The notes below the pieces were generated by a model. The model saw nothing but the letters and a program-made list of their open reading frames with translations, had not been told where the DNA came from and did not search any database. This document shows positions 18,022 through 27,587 of a stretch of DNA of 64,000 nucleotides, one piece after another. Position 1 is the stretch's first letter, and each line of letters opens with the position of its first letter. Origin of the DNA: Deltaproteobacteria bacterium (lineage in GTDB: Bacteria > Myxococcota_A > Polyangia > Haliangiales > Haliangiaceae); assembly GCA_026129065.1 (NCBI GenBank), contig JAHCIV010000002.1, forward strand, positions 1-64,000, in the 5' to 3' direction. A program made the position numbers and the translations under genes.

Positions 18022-19082
18022 CAGAACCCCACCAGCGCGGAGACGCCCCACGCCGAGGTGTTGTGGATGCCGGTGAAGCGCGCCGGCACGATCTTGACGC
18101 TGTCGGGGAGGTCCCAGTCGCGCGTCGCGACGGCGGCGATGCCGAGGCCGGCGGCGGTGCCGAGGAACAGCGACACGCCGGCCGCGTTCTCGTCCCTGGT
18201 GCCGACGGCGACGAGGCCGCCCGCCAGGATGCCGAGGATGCCGCCGACGTCGATCAGCAGCGTGCGGCCGCGGCTCATCTTGACCTGCGTCGACACGTAC
18301 GCGCCGACGAGGAGGCCGACGTCGCCGGCCGCCACGACCGTGCGGAGCGACGGCTCCTCGGCGAACGCGAGGTGCCCCCACAGCGTGAGCACCGTCGACC
18401 ACAGGAGGAACGAGTTCGTGAGCGCGACGTCGCCCTGCGTCGGCTTCCACGACTTCCACAGCCCGATGCCGGCGGCGATGCCGACGCCCTGCGCGGCGAG
18501 CGAGATCACCGCGGCGTCGGTCGCCTCCGCGAAGCCGTCGTTGATCGCGAGCGCGTTCCACGCGGCCCACGTCTGCGCCGAGTTGTACAGCTGCGCCTCG
18601 CCCTGCGCGACGCCGCGGTGCGAGGCGAGCGCGGCGATCGCGAGCGAGCCGCCGACGGACAGCGTGTAGACGGCGGCGCTCTCGCGATCCGACCGGCAGT
18701 CGACGATCACGCACACGTTCGCGGCGGTGAAGATGCCGCCGACCGTCGACCAGAACAGCAGCTCGCCGCGCGCGGTGCGGTTCGCGCGGCTCGTCGCGGT
18801 CATCGACTCGTCGCGCTCGAACGCGCGGGTCAGCGCGCCGGCGCGCCGGCCGGCCGGGTGCTGCGGCCAGCGCGCCGCGAGCTCGGCCAGGCGCGAGCTC
18901 GCGAGCGAGCGATCCCCACTCGCCGCCTTCGCGAACGCGTCGTCGTACGCGCTCCACACCGGATCGGGCGGAGGTGGCGCCGGATCGGGCACGGGATCGG
19001 CCGGTCGTGGTTCGGGAGCCTGTGCGTGCGCGATCCCGTGAAGGATCGCGAGCACGGCGACGGCGGTGACGGGCGCGCGCAT
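18021..19082 (-). CDS. Tandem paralog of the previous protein (353 aa). Signal peptide, Pro-rich N-region, Gly/Ala-rich repeats, ends in ALVGF.
   Basis: ORF track. MRAPVTAVAVLAILHGIAHA signal. Overall similarity to 16927..18021. The stop overlaps the downstream start by 1 nt. Confidence 0.55.
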   Translation of the reverse strand: MRAPVTAVAVLAILHGIAHAQAPEPRPADPVPDPAPPPPDPVWSAYDDAFAKAASGDRSLASSRLAELAARWPQHPAGRRAGALTRAFERDESMTATSRANRTARGELLFWSTVGGIFTAANVCVIVDCRSDRESAAVYTLSVGGSLAIAALASHRGVAQGEAQLYNSAQTWAAWNALAINDGFAEATDAAVISLAAQGVGIAAGIGLWKSWKPTQGDVALTNSFLLWSTVLTLWGHLAFAEEPSLRTVVAAGDVGLLVGAYVSTQVKMSRGRTLLIDVGGILGILAGGLVAVGTRDENAAGVSLFLGTAAGLGIAAVATRDWDLPDSVKIVPARFTGIHNTSAWGVSALVGF

Positions 19083-19174
19083 CGTGCGGGCGTTGTATCA
19101 CGCGATTCTTGCGTGGTTTCAGGTAGTTCCGAGGCTTGCCGCGGATTGCGACGACCTTGCCGATCTCGTCTACA

Positions 19175-19597
19175 ACTACGCCGATGAAGACCCTCACGAT
19201 CTGCGCGATGGCGCTCGCGATGGCGGCCTGCGGCGGCAAGAAGGACGACGCGAAGAAGGAGGAAGCCAAGGACGACGCGCTCACGTGCGCGCAGGTGGCG
19301 GACAAGGCGGTCGCCGCGCTCGGCGATCGCGGCGGTCCGGTGAAGGACAAGCTGCGGCCGATCTACGAGGAGCGCTGCACGCAGGACAAGTGGCCGGCCG
19401 ACGTCATGGCGTGCTTCGCGACGGCGAGCGGCTTCGAGGCGCTGCAGGGGTGCCGGCAGCGCCTGGTGTTCGAGCCGCGCGAGAAGCTGATCCAGCAGAT
19501 CCGCGGCGTGATGGGCGCGATGGGCGGCGGGATGGGTGGACGTCCGCCGATGGGGCACGGCGGCGCGGGATCGGACGCAAAAGCGCCGGCGCCGTGA
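19175..19597 (+). CDS. Small lipoprotein (lipobox LAMAAC|GG) with Lys/Asp-rich and Gly/Met-rich tails
   Basis: Internal ATG at 19175 (MKTLTICAMALAMAACGGKK), in frame with track ORF 19136..19597. Confidence 0.5.
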   Translation, partial: TTPMKTLTICAMALAMAACGGKKDDAKKEEAKDDALTCAQVADKAVAALGDRGGPVKDKLRPIYEERCTQDKWPADVMACFATASGFEALQGCRQRLVFEPREKLIQQIRGVMGAMGGGMGGRPPMGHGGAGSDAKAPAP

Positions 19598-19640
19598 CGC
19601 CCGGCTCGCGTTCGCGGGCGCCATGTTCCACACTCGAGAG

Positions 19641-20504
19641 ATGGCGCGCCGTACGCTGCTGCTGTCGCTGGTAGCGCTCGCGCTCGCCGCGTCGACGGCC
19701 GCGGCGAAGCCGAAGCCGTGGGAGTTGCTGCCGCTGCCGCCGCCGATGCCCGCGGCAACGTCGTCGGGGCACGTCGAGGTCGCCGACGGGGCGAAGATCT
19801 ACTACGCGATCTACGGACGCACCGACGGCAAGGCCGATCCCGTGATCCTCCTGCACGGCGGGATGGGCAACTCCGATCACTTCGGCTTCCAGGTGCCGGA
19901 CCTCGTCGACAGGTTCCAGGTGATCGTGATCGACAGCCGCGGGCAGGGCCGCTCGACGCTGTCGAAGGCCAAGCTCAGCTACCACGCGATGGCCACCGAC
20001 GTCGTCGCCGTGATGGACGCGCTCAAGATCGGCAAGGCCGCGCTCGTCGGGTGGAGCGACGGCGGCGAGATCGCGCTCGACCTCGCGATCCACCACCCCG
20101 ACCGGGTGGCGAAGCTGTTCGTGTTCGGCTCGAACTACGACGCGAACGGCCACAAGCCCAACAGGAACCCGACCACGTTCCAAAGCTACAACGCGAAGTG
20201 CGCGTCCGACTTCGCGAAGATCTCCAAGGACCCGAAGAAGTACCAGGCCGTCGTCGAGGCCCTCCTGCCCGTGTGGCGCAACCCGGCCGTGTTCACGAAG
20301 GACCAGCTGCGCTCGATCAAGGCGCCGACCGTCGTCTCCGACGGAGAATTCGACGAGATCATCGAGCTCGCGCAGGTCCGCGAGATGGCCACGCTGATCC
20401 CGAACGCGAAGCTGATCGTGTTCCCGAACACCTCGCACTTCGCGCTGTGGCAGGACCCGCTGTCGTTCAACAAGGCACTCGTGGAGTTCTTGATCGCGAA
20501 ATAA
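19641..20504 (+). CDS. Secreted alpha/beta-hydrolase fold protein
   Basis: Signal peptide MARRTLLLSLVALALAASTAAA. HGGMGNSDHF oxyanion-region motif and nucleophile elbow GWSDGG. Confidence 0.8.
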   Translation: MARRTLLLSLVALALAASTAAAKPKPWELLPLPPPMPAATSSGHVEVADGAKIYYAIYGRTDGKADPVILLHGGMGNSDHFGFQVPDLVDRFQVIVIDSRGQGRSTLSKAKLSYHAMATDVVAVMDALKIGKAALVGWSDGGEIALDLAIHHPDRVAKLFVFGSNYDANGHKPNRNPTTFQSYNAKCASDFAKISKDPKKYQAVVEALLPVWRNPAVFTKDQLRSIKAPTVVSDGEFDEIIELAQVREMATLIPNAKLIVFPNTSHFALWQDPLSFNKALVEFLIAK

Positions 20505-20559
20505 CAGGGATTAGCCTCAATGTCAGTCCGCGGGTGTATTCGGATTGTGGAGGTGGCGA

Positions 20560-22899
20560 ATGATCAGCGCGAGCCAGAACTTCGTGTATACGTGCAACGG
20601 GACTGAGGGCACCAACTTCCTCGTGACGCTCCCACGAGCGCAGCCGGATGACGGGTACTTCGTCACGGCCTCGCTTGCGGCGGTGACGTCGATCTTCAGC
20701 GTGAGCCTGCCGAACACCGTGGCCGGAGATCGGACGACGACGCAGTTTCGCGTGAAGACGTCCAGTGCGGTGGCGAACGGCGACAAGATCGAGCTCCACA
20801 TCTACGACCCTGCGGGGACGTACATCGTGGACCTGCGGACGTACGGTGTGATCGCCGACGTCGACGACGGCGGCGCGGGCGGCGCGATCGCTTCGGCGAA
20901 CGGCGATGCGATCTCCCAGGCGTTCGCCGATCACCCGAGCAATGCGGTGTTCGTCCTGCCGCACGGCACGATCTACGTGAACCGCCCGATCTCGGGCCCC
21001 CTGACGGCGGCGCTGCGAATGCACGGCCTCACCGACGTGGTGCTGACCGGCTGGGGACCGGGCGCCACGCGGCTGGTGATGACCGGGCCGCAGCACAGCG
21101 GCCTGACCCAGGTCATCGAGGTCCAGAATTGCGTGCGAGCGACGATCCGGGATCTGACGGTCGCGCACGGGCCAAATATGTCGAATCCCAGTGGCACCCA
21201 GCAGAATCACCATATCCAGCTCGGTCGCAGCGATATGGCCAATGACATCGTCGATACGGTGATCCGGCACGTCCACTGTGGTCCGTGCATCGGCGACGGT
21301 ATCCGCGCGTGCGGTGGGACTACGCACTACCTGCGCAACACGCGCGTGCTCGACGTGACGATGCGGACCGGAGGCCATCCGCTCGCGACCAACGGCTCGC
21401 GCTCGTGCATCTCGTTCCAGCTCGGCATCATCGAGCTCGAGCTGGGGAACTTCTTCCTGCACGGCGCGAAGAACACGCCGATCGACTTCGAGCCGAGCGG
21501 CGGAACGCTGCGGTCGTTCGACATCCACGACGGCATCGTCGACAACTCCGGAGGTCAGACCGTGGGGGCGGTGTCCTTCGTCGGCTTCCCGGGGAGCCCG
21601 CTGACGGACTCGCGGATCGCGAACGTCAACGTGATCGAGGGACAGGTACAGGTCCTCCAGACCGACAACTGCACGCTCGACAACGTGAACATCTATGCGT
21701 CCGGACAAGCGGGGATGTCCGGATACGGCGGCCCACTCCTGTACATCTACCAGCGGAACACCGGACTGAACGTGCGCAACGTGGACATCTTCCGCGACAC
21801 GGGTTCGGCGACCGGTCCACTCGTCGAGGTGAACAGTACCGCCGTCGGTGGATCGTCGAGTCGGCTCACGATCGAGGGAGGTACGTGGCGCACCACGACG
21901 ACCGTCGGCGGTAGCAGCGACGGTGCGCACGTAAGGCTCGTCGATGCCGATCGCCTCGCGATGCGCGGTACGCGGCTGCGGCTCGAGGATCCGACGCCGT
22001 CGTCGCACCACGCGGTGATCGTCCGGCCCGTGCAGGCGAGCATCGACGCGCTCACGTTCGACGGCATCACGGTCGAATCGCCGAACGGGAAGCTGACGAC
22101 CGGCCTACTCCTGGCCGCGCAGGACGTCCTCGGCACGCCGCGCAGCATCCGCGACATCACGGTGACGGATTCGCGCTTCACGTCGTCCGTCACGACCGGG
22201 ATCAAGTTCGACAACTCCACGGCGACCACCGCTGTCATCGATCCCCAACCGCTCGTGCAGGGCTGCGACTTCACCGGCGCGACGAATCCCTGGATCACGG
22301 ACCACGCCGCCTTTGGCAAGGTCTATCCGATCCTGGCCGGCAACAAGGGATCGGTGTGCGAGCTGGCGGGGACGGTGACTCCGGAGAACAACGTGACTGC
22401 GGTCCAGGGAAGTATCTACACCTGGATGAATGGGAATGCGACACAGCGTCTGATCAAGACCTCCGGAACCGGCACGTCCGGGTGGAAGCAGATCCCGAGC
22501 GCGACGCGCTGGCAGTCGGTCCAGCGCGGGACCGTCGAGACCAACATCACCTACGACGGCGGCGAGATGCTGCACGCGAACGCCGCGGCGGCGTCGATCG
22601 CGATCCCGCTCCAGGGGCCGAACGTCGGCGACCGCATCACGAACCTCGTCGCTCGCCTGAAGGGGACCGGGACCGCGCAGACCGTCCAGGTCTCGCTCGT
22701 GCGTGCGGACGGCGACGGGACGACCACCACGGTCCAGACGCTGTCGGCGGTGAACCCGGCGAACGCATGGGCGACCTTCACGGTCGCGCTGGGAACGCCG
22801 GAGGTGGTGCCGGCGGACAAGTCGTACTTCTGGAGCATCTCGCTGCCGAATGCGAACACGTTCGTCGGCAACCTCGGGTACACGTTCGACCGGCTGTGA
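20560..22899 (+). CDS. Right-handed beta-helix (pectate-lyase/tailspike-like) protein, 779 aa, with no signal peptide
   Basis: RBS ggaggtgg then ATG at 20560 (MISASQNFVYTC). Periodic beta-helix rungs (VxNxxI/V, NCTLDNVNIY). Visibly lower GC and more A/T-ending codons than its neighbours, and an AT-richer 55-bp leader. Confidence 0.7.
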   Translation: MISASQNFVYTCNGTEGTNFLVTLPRAQPDDGYFVTASLAAVTSIFSVSLPNTVAGDRTTTQFRVKTSSAVANGDKIELHIYDPAGTYIVDLRTYGVIADVDDGGAGGAIASANGDAISQAFADHPSNAVFVLPHGTIYVNRPISGPLTAALRMHGLTDVVLTGWGPGATRLVMTGPQHSGLTQVIEVQNCVRATIRDLTVAHGPNMSNPSGTQQNHHIQLGRSDMANDIVDTVIRHVHCGPCIGDGIRACGGTTHYLRNTRVLDVTMRTGGHPLATNGSRSCISFQLGIIELELGNFFLHGAKNTPIDFEPSGGTLRSFDIHDGIVDNSGGQTVGAVSFVGFPGSPLTDSRIANVNVIEGQVQVLQTDNCTLDNVNIYASGQAGMSGYGGPLLYIYQRNTGLNVRNVDIFRDTGSATGPLVEVNSTAVGGSSSRLTIEGGTWRTTTTVGGSSDGAHVRLVDADRLAMRGTRLRLEDPTPSSHHAVIVRPVQASIDALTFDGITVESPNGKLTTGLLLAAQDVLGTPRSIRDITVTDSRFTSSVTTGIKFDNSTATTAVIDPQPLVQGCDFTGATNPWITDHAAFGKVYPILAGNKGSVCELAGTVTPENNVTAVQGSIYTWMNGNATQRLIKTSGTGTSGWKQIPSATRWQSVQRGTVETNITYDGGEMLHANAAAASIAIPLQGPNVGDRITNLVARLKGTGTAQTVQVSLVRADGDGTTTTVQTLSAVNPANAWATFTVALGTPEVVPADKSYFWSISLPNANTFVGNLGYTFDRL

Positions 22900-22904
22900 C
22901 GCCG

Positions 22905-23218
22905 CTTGTCGCGGGGAGGTCGAGCGCCTCGGGAGCGCCGACGGCGCCCGGGGCGGCGGTCGCGAGCACGGTGCCGGCGGCGTCGAAGTTGGCCTCGGTG
23001 AGGAGCCCGGTCGTCGAGACCTTGAGGACGTAGGCGACGACCCGCTGCCCGGCGTCGCTCGGAGACTGCCACGCGAGGTGGATCCGCTGCCGGTTCGTCG
23101 CCGTCGCCACGAACGCCGGGACCGGCGGCGGCCGCGTGAGGTCGACGCGCACGACGAGCGAGCCGGTGCCGAACGACGCGCCGGCCGTCGCGTTCGCGAC
23201 GATGTTAGCGCGCCGATG
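22905..23218 (-). pseudogene. Possible 5' remnant of a minus-strand gene encoding a fibronectin-III-like domain (…TRPPPVPAFVATATNRQRIHLAWQSPSDAGQRVVAYVLKVSTTG…), truncated where the low-GC beta-helix gene begins
   Basis: GC3-rich fn3-like reading frame only on the minus strand. All three plus-strand frames here are Arg/Ala junk. The frame continues as junk antisense to the beta-helix gene until a stop at 22778. Confidence 0.2.
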
Positions 23219-24457
23219 CACGGCCCCACCGGCATCTCGTCCGTCCCCGATCTCACGATCATCCACGCCGCCGCGAACGCGCAGTTCGGCAGCGGCCTCA
23301 CCGCCGTGCGCTGGTCGAGCGCGACCCGCGACGACCTCGTCGTCGGCGCTCCCGGCGCCGACACGCACGGCCACGTCTTCGTGTTCCGCGGCGGCACCCT
23401 GACCGCCGGGACGCGCACCGCCTCCACCGCCGACCTCCACATCACCGCCAGCGCCACCTCCCCGGGCTTCTTCGCGACCGGCTCCCTCGGCCGCACGCTC
23501 GCCACCGCCGACGTCGACGGCAACGGCGTCGACGACCTCGTGATCGCCGCCCCCACCGGCGGCGCCACGATCGGCGGCATCGTCGTCCTCTACGGCGACA
23601 CCGTCACCGGCAACATCGCCCTCTCCGATCTCGACGCCGGCGGCGCCAACGGCTCGATCGCCGAGCTGTTCCGCGACCCGAGTGGCACCCCCGGCCACCA
23701 GCTCGGCTTCTACCTGCACTCGGTCGGCCCCACGGAGGGCCCGACCGACATCACCGACGACCTCGTCGCCGCCTACGTCGACGACTACAACACGATCGGG
23801 GATTCGGTGTTCGTGCTCCGCTCCGACGGCACGCGGCCGCCGACTCCCGGCGTCTCCGCGCGGACGTTCGCGATCGGCCGCGACGTCCGCATCGACTTCG
23901 CGCAGACGGTCTACCGCTCGACCGAGTGGGGCTCGCAGGTGACGAGCATCGACGACCAGAACGGCGACGGCTCCCGCGACCTCGTGATCGGCGCCTACCG
24001 GACGATCAGCGACGCCGGCCAGGTGCTGATCATCGACGGCAAGACCGTCGGCACCGCCGGCGTCGCGAGCACCGCCGACGCGGGAGTCGTGCTCACGACG
24101 ATCACCGGCACCACGAAGTCCAAGCTCGGCGCCGTCGTGTGGACCCACGACAAGGCGGTGGCCGACATCGACGGCGACGGGCGGCAGGACCTGGTGCTCG
24201 GCGGGGTCCAGGGCACGCAGGGCCGCGCCTTCGTGTGGTTCGGCGGGGCGATCCCGAAGGGCGCCACGACCCTGGCGAGCGCCGCGACGGCGATCGACGC
24301 ACCCGCCGGCTTCGCGTTCACCCGCCAGACGCCCAAGGGGCCGGCGGGGCAGGCGCGCTGGGTCGGCGACCTCGACGGCGACGGGCTCGAAGATGTGTGC
24401 TGGGCGGCGCCGTTCGACAACAACGGCGATGAGATGTTCGAGGTCCTCTCGGACTAG
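23216..24457 (+). CDS. FG-GAP (integrin-alpha-like) repeat protein with no recognisable signal peptide
   Basis: Repeats DVDGNGVDDLVIAAP, DDQNGDGSRDLVIGAY, DIDGDGRQDLVLGG and DLDGDGLEDVCWAAPFDNNGD. The start is uncertain. The first ATG after the junk N-extension is at 23216. Confidence 0.7.
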   Translation: MHGPTGISSVPDLTIIHAAANAQFGSGLTAVRWSSATRDDLVVGAPGADTHGHVFVFRGGTLTAGTRTASTADLHITASATSPGFFATGSLGRTLATADVDGNGVDDLVIAAPTGGATIGGIVVLYGDTVTGNIALSDLDAGGANGSIAELFRDPSGTPGHQLGFYLHSVGPTEGPTDITDDLVAAYVDDYNTIGDSVFVLRSDGTRPPTPGVSARTFAIGRDVRIDFAQTVYRSTEWGSQVTSIDDQNGDGSRDLVIGAYRTISDAGQVLIIDGKTVGTAGVASTADAGVVLTTITGTTKSKLGAVVWTHDKAVADIDGDGRQDLVLGGVQGTQGRAFVWFGGAIPKGATTLASAATAIDAPAGFAFTRQTPKGPAGQARWVGDLDGDGLEDVCWAAPFDNNGDEMFEVLSD

Positions 24458-24469
24458 TATCCTCGGCAC

Positions 24470-26788
24470 GTGCCCGAGCCGGGAGAGTTGATCGGACCGT
24501 TCCGGCTGATCTCTCAGCTCGGGAAGGGTGCGATGGGAGAGGTCTGGCGCGCGCGCGACGAGCGCCTCGATCGGTACGTCGCGCTCAAGGTGCTCCCGCC
24601 CGAAGCCGCGGAGGACATCGAGCGCCGCGCCCGCATGCTGCGCGAGGCGCGCGCGGCGGCGGCGATCCAGCACACGAACGTCGTCACGTTGTTCGACATC
24701 GTCAGCCAGGACAACAACGACATCCTCGTGATGGAGCTCGTCGAGGGCCGCACGCTCTCCGAGGTGCTGCGCCGCGACGGTTCGCCCGGTGTGGCGATGG
24801 CGCTCGCGTGGATCGAATCGATCGCCGCCGCGCTCGCCGCGGCGCACGAGCGCGGGATCCTTCACCGCGACATCAAGGCGGCGAACATCATGGTCTCCAC
24901 CGAGGGGATCAAGGTGCTGGACTTCGGGCTCGCGAAGCTCAAGGGAAGCGATCCGTTCCAGTCCGTCACGCGCTCCGTCGCGAAGGCCCCGCCGGCGAGC
25001 GCGCTCGATGGGACGATGCCGGGCGACGTCTCGCTCGACGCCACCCAGCGCGACGGGATCGTCCAGAGCCCGAGCCTCGCCGTCGCGAGCTACCGCACGC
25101 ACGTCGGGCAGCTCCTCGGCACGCCGCTCTACATGGCGCCCGAGCAGGTCGACGGACAGCTGCCCGACGAGCGCAGCGAGGTGTTCTCCGTCGGCGTCCT
25201 CGCGTTCGAGATCCTGACCGGCAAGCCGCCCTATGCGGCGACCTCGCTCGACGAGCTGTTTCGCGAGATCACGCAGAACCAGACGCCCGAGCTCGTCGAC
25301 ATCCCGGCTCCGGTGGTGGACATCGTCGAGCGCGCGCTCGCCAAGGATCCCGCGGCGCGGTACCCGACGATGAAGGCACTGCGCGATGCCGTCGCGCAGA
25401 CCCGCCGCCGGCTGTTCGCCCCGAGCGGTCGCCGCGGGATCTTCGGGGCGGCGATCGGCGGGACGCTCCTCCTCGCCGCAGCAGCAGCAGCGCTCGTCGT
25501 GTGGTGGTTCACGCGCGCGCCGGCGACGCGCCCCGGCGACAAGGAGGTCGCGCGCGCGCTCGAGGAGTACAACGTCTTCTACAACGACAAGGCGCTGTCC
25601 TCGCTGCGCGGGGCGCTCGCGGTCGCGCCCGACCACCCGCTCGCGAACGCGTACATGGTGCTGTTCGGTGGCGTCGACGCCGATCGCAACGCCGCCCTCG
25701 CGACGGCGCGCCGCATCCGCGACCAGGTCGGCGACCGCAGCAAGGATCGCGCGCTCCTCGAGGCCGCGATCGCATTCGTCGACCGCGGACCGAAGGCCGC
25801 GCGCGCGGCGCTCGTCGACGTCGGGGCGAAGAGCGATCGCGAGCTGGCGTTCTGGGCGGCGGAGCTCGACTACCGTGCCGGCAACTTCACGGCGGCGAAC
25901 GCGGAGTACAAGTCACTCCTCGACGATCCGGCGCCCGAGTTCCGCGGGCGGATCTACGACCACTACTCGTCGGTGCTGCTCTACCTCGACGAGCCCGCCG
26001 AGGCGCTCCGCATCGGCACGCTGTATCGAGATGCGTTTCGCGGCGAGGCCGATGCGGTCGGCGTGTACGCGACGACGCTCGCCGCCGCCGGCAAGTTCGA
26101 CCTCGCGATCCAGGCCGCCGAGGAGGCCGTCCGCCTCTCCGAGGGTGAGGATACGCTCGCGGGACTCGCGAAGGTGGTCGCGCTCTCCGGCGACCATGCA
26201 CGCGCGCGCGAGTTGTACCAGCGCTCCCTCGAGCGCGCCGGTGCGGCGCGGCGCCCGCTGCGGCGCGCGGCGCTGGCGCTCCTGCAGTGGATCGACGGAG
26301 ATGCGCGGGCCAAGGACACCGTCGCGCCGTGCCTGCCCGGCGGATCCGACGCGACCACCTCGACACGCGGCGTGTGCCTGTTCGTCGCGGGCGTCGTCGA
26401 TCCGCGGCGCGGCGAGGAGGCGGCGAAGCTCCTCGACGCACTCGCCGCCGAGGCGAGCGATCCTCGCCCGGCCTACGGGTCGCCGGCCTCGCTCGCCCGG
26501 CTCGTTCGCGCTCGCCTCGCGTTCTTCGGCGGCGCCTGCCTCGTCGACCCGGCGCGCCCGGACGTGGCTCCGCTCCATCCGAGCGACGTCTCCGAGGAGG
26601 CCTTCACGCAGGACGTCGACTTCTACGGCGCCTACCACGTGCCGTTCTTCGCATCCTGGGCGCTGTGCGAGCGCGCGGCGCTCCTCGCGTCCCACGGCCA
26701 GCGCCTCGCGGCGAAGGCCCTGCTCGAACGAGCGATCGCGCGCGGCGCGCATCGCACGTGGCTCGCGAATGCAATGAAGTCAATGTAG
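24470..26788 (+). CDS. Ser/Thr protein kinase with a TM segment and a C-terminal TPR/tetratricopeptide-like domain
   Basis: GTG start. GKGAMGEVW, VALKVL, HRDIKAANIM, DFGLA and PLYMAPE kinase subdomains. TM helix GAAIGGTLLLAAAAAALVVWWF. Confidence 0.85.
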   Translation: MPEPGELIGPFRLISQLGKGAMGEVWRARDERLDRYVALKVLPPEAAEDIERRARMLREARAAAAIQHTNVVTLFDIVSQDNNDILVMELVEGRTLSEVLRRDGSPGVAMALAWIESIAAALAAAHERGILHRDIKAANIMVSTEGIKVLDFGLAKLKGSDPFQSVTRSVAKAPPASALDGTMPGDVSLDATQRDGIVQSPSLAVASYRTHVGQLLGTPLYMAPEQVDGQLPDERSEVFSVGVLAFEILTGKPPYAATSLDELFREITQNQTPELVDIPAPVVDIVERALAKDPAARYPTMKALRDAVAQTRRRLFAPSGRRGIFGAAIGGTLLLAAAAAALVVWWFTRAPATRPGDKEVARALEEYNVFYNDKALSSLRGALAVAPDHPLANAYMVLFGGVDADRNAALATARRIRDQVGDRSKDRALLEAAIAFVDRGPKAARAALVDVGAKSDRELAFWAAELDYRAGNFTAANAEYKSLLDDPAPEFRGRIYDHYSSVLLYLDEPAEALRIGTLYRDAFRGEADAVGVYATTLAAAGKFDLAIQAAEEAVRLSEGEDTLAGLAKVVALSGDHARARELYQRSLERAGAARRPLRRAALALLQWIDGDARAKDTVAPCLPGGSDATTSTRGVCLFVAGVVDPRRGEEAAKLLDALAAEASDPRPAYGSPASLARLVRARLAFFGGACLVDPARPDVAPLHPSDVSEEAFTQDVDFYGAYHVPFFASWALCERAALLASHGQRLAAKALLERAIARGAHRTWLANAMKSM

Positions 26789-26909
26789 TAACGCTCGAGC
26801 ACGTCCGTCCTCGCAGACGCCTTCGCGCGAGGTGATCGGGATCCTGCTCGGCGATCCATCACCGGTGCGGTGTGGGCGTTCCGTATTATGGTCGCCCCCG
26901 AGGAGAGCG

Positions 26910-27587
26910 ATGGAGTTCGACAAGCTCGCGAACAGCTACCTCGGCGAAGCCGCCGAGCGCTACAACGACGCGCGGACGCGCTCGCGCAAGTGGGCGAACG
27001 AGCAGGCGCGGATCGCGGAGATCATCGCGAGCCTGGCGCCGGGCTCGTCGATCGTCGACGTGCCGGTCGGGACCGGGCGGTTCCTCGAGCTGTACGTCCG
27101 GCAGGGACTGCGAGCGGTGGGGCTCGACATCTCGGACGACATGCTGGCGGAAGCGCGCAAGGTCGCGAGCGCGCTGGGCGGCGAGGTCGAGCTGCGGCGC
27201 GGCGATATCCGCGCGATCGACGCCGGCGATCGCGCCTTCGATACCGTGCTGTGCGTGCGGTTCCTCAACTGGATCGGCATCGCCGACGTCCGCGTCGTGG
27301 TGCGCGAGCTGGCCCGGGTGGCGCGCCGCGACCTCGTGCTCGCGATCCGTCACTACACGCCGGTGTCCGAGGTCGCGCTGTCCCGCCACGACGTGGTGCG
27401 GTTCGCGCGTCAGCTCGTGTGGCGGGCCCGCCGCCGGATCCGCAAGCGGCGGCTCGTCATGCACGAGAAGCGCGACATCGATCAGCTGTTTCGCGACCTC
27501 GAGCTCGATGTGCTGAGCGCGACCACGATCGAGCGGCGCGACGACGGCACCGACTACGTCATCTATCACGCGCGCAGGACGCGGTGA
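26910..27587 (+). CDS. Class I SAM-dependent methyltransferase
   Basis: RBS aggagag. ATG at 26910 (MEFDKLANSYLG), in frame with track ORF 26832..27587. VDVPVGTGRF and VGLDISDDML motifs. Confidence 0.75.
   Translation: MEFDKLANSYLGEAAERYNDARTRSRKWANEQARIAEIIASLAPGSSIVDVPVGTGRFLELYVRQGLRAVGLDISDDMLAEARKVASALGGEVELRRGDIRAIDAGDRAFDTVLCVRFLNWIGIADVRVVVRELARVARRDLVLAIRHYTPVSEVALSRHDVVRFARQLVWRARRRIRKRRLVMHEKRDIDQLFRDLELDVLSATTIERRDDGTDYVIYHARRTR

Noticed and set aside
19083-19174. Sigma70-like hexamers (TTGCGA/TACAAC, TTGCCG) in the divergent region upstream of the small lipoprotein
   Set aside because: Spacer lengths (8 and 19 nt) do not fit. The match is too weak to call.
22778-25636. 952-aa minus-strand ORF
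   Set aside because: It is antisense to the FG-GAP and kinase genes, except for the roughly 100-codon fn3-like stretch at 22905-23218, which is reported separately as a possible gene remnant.
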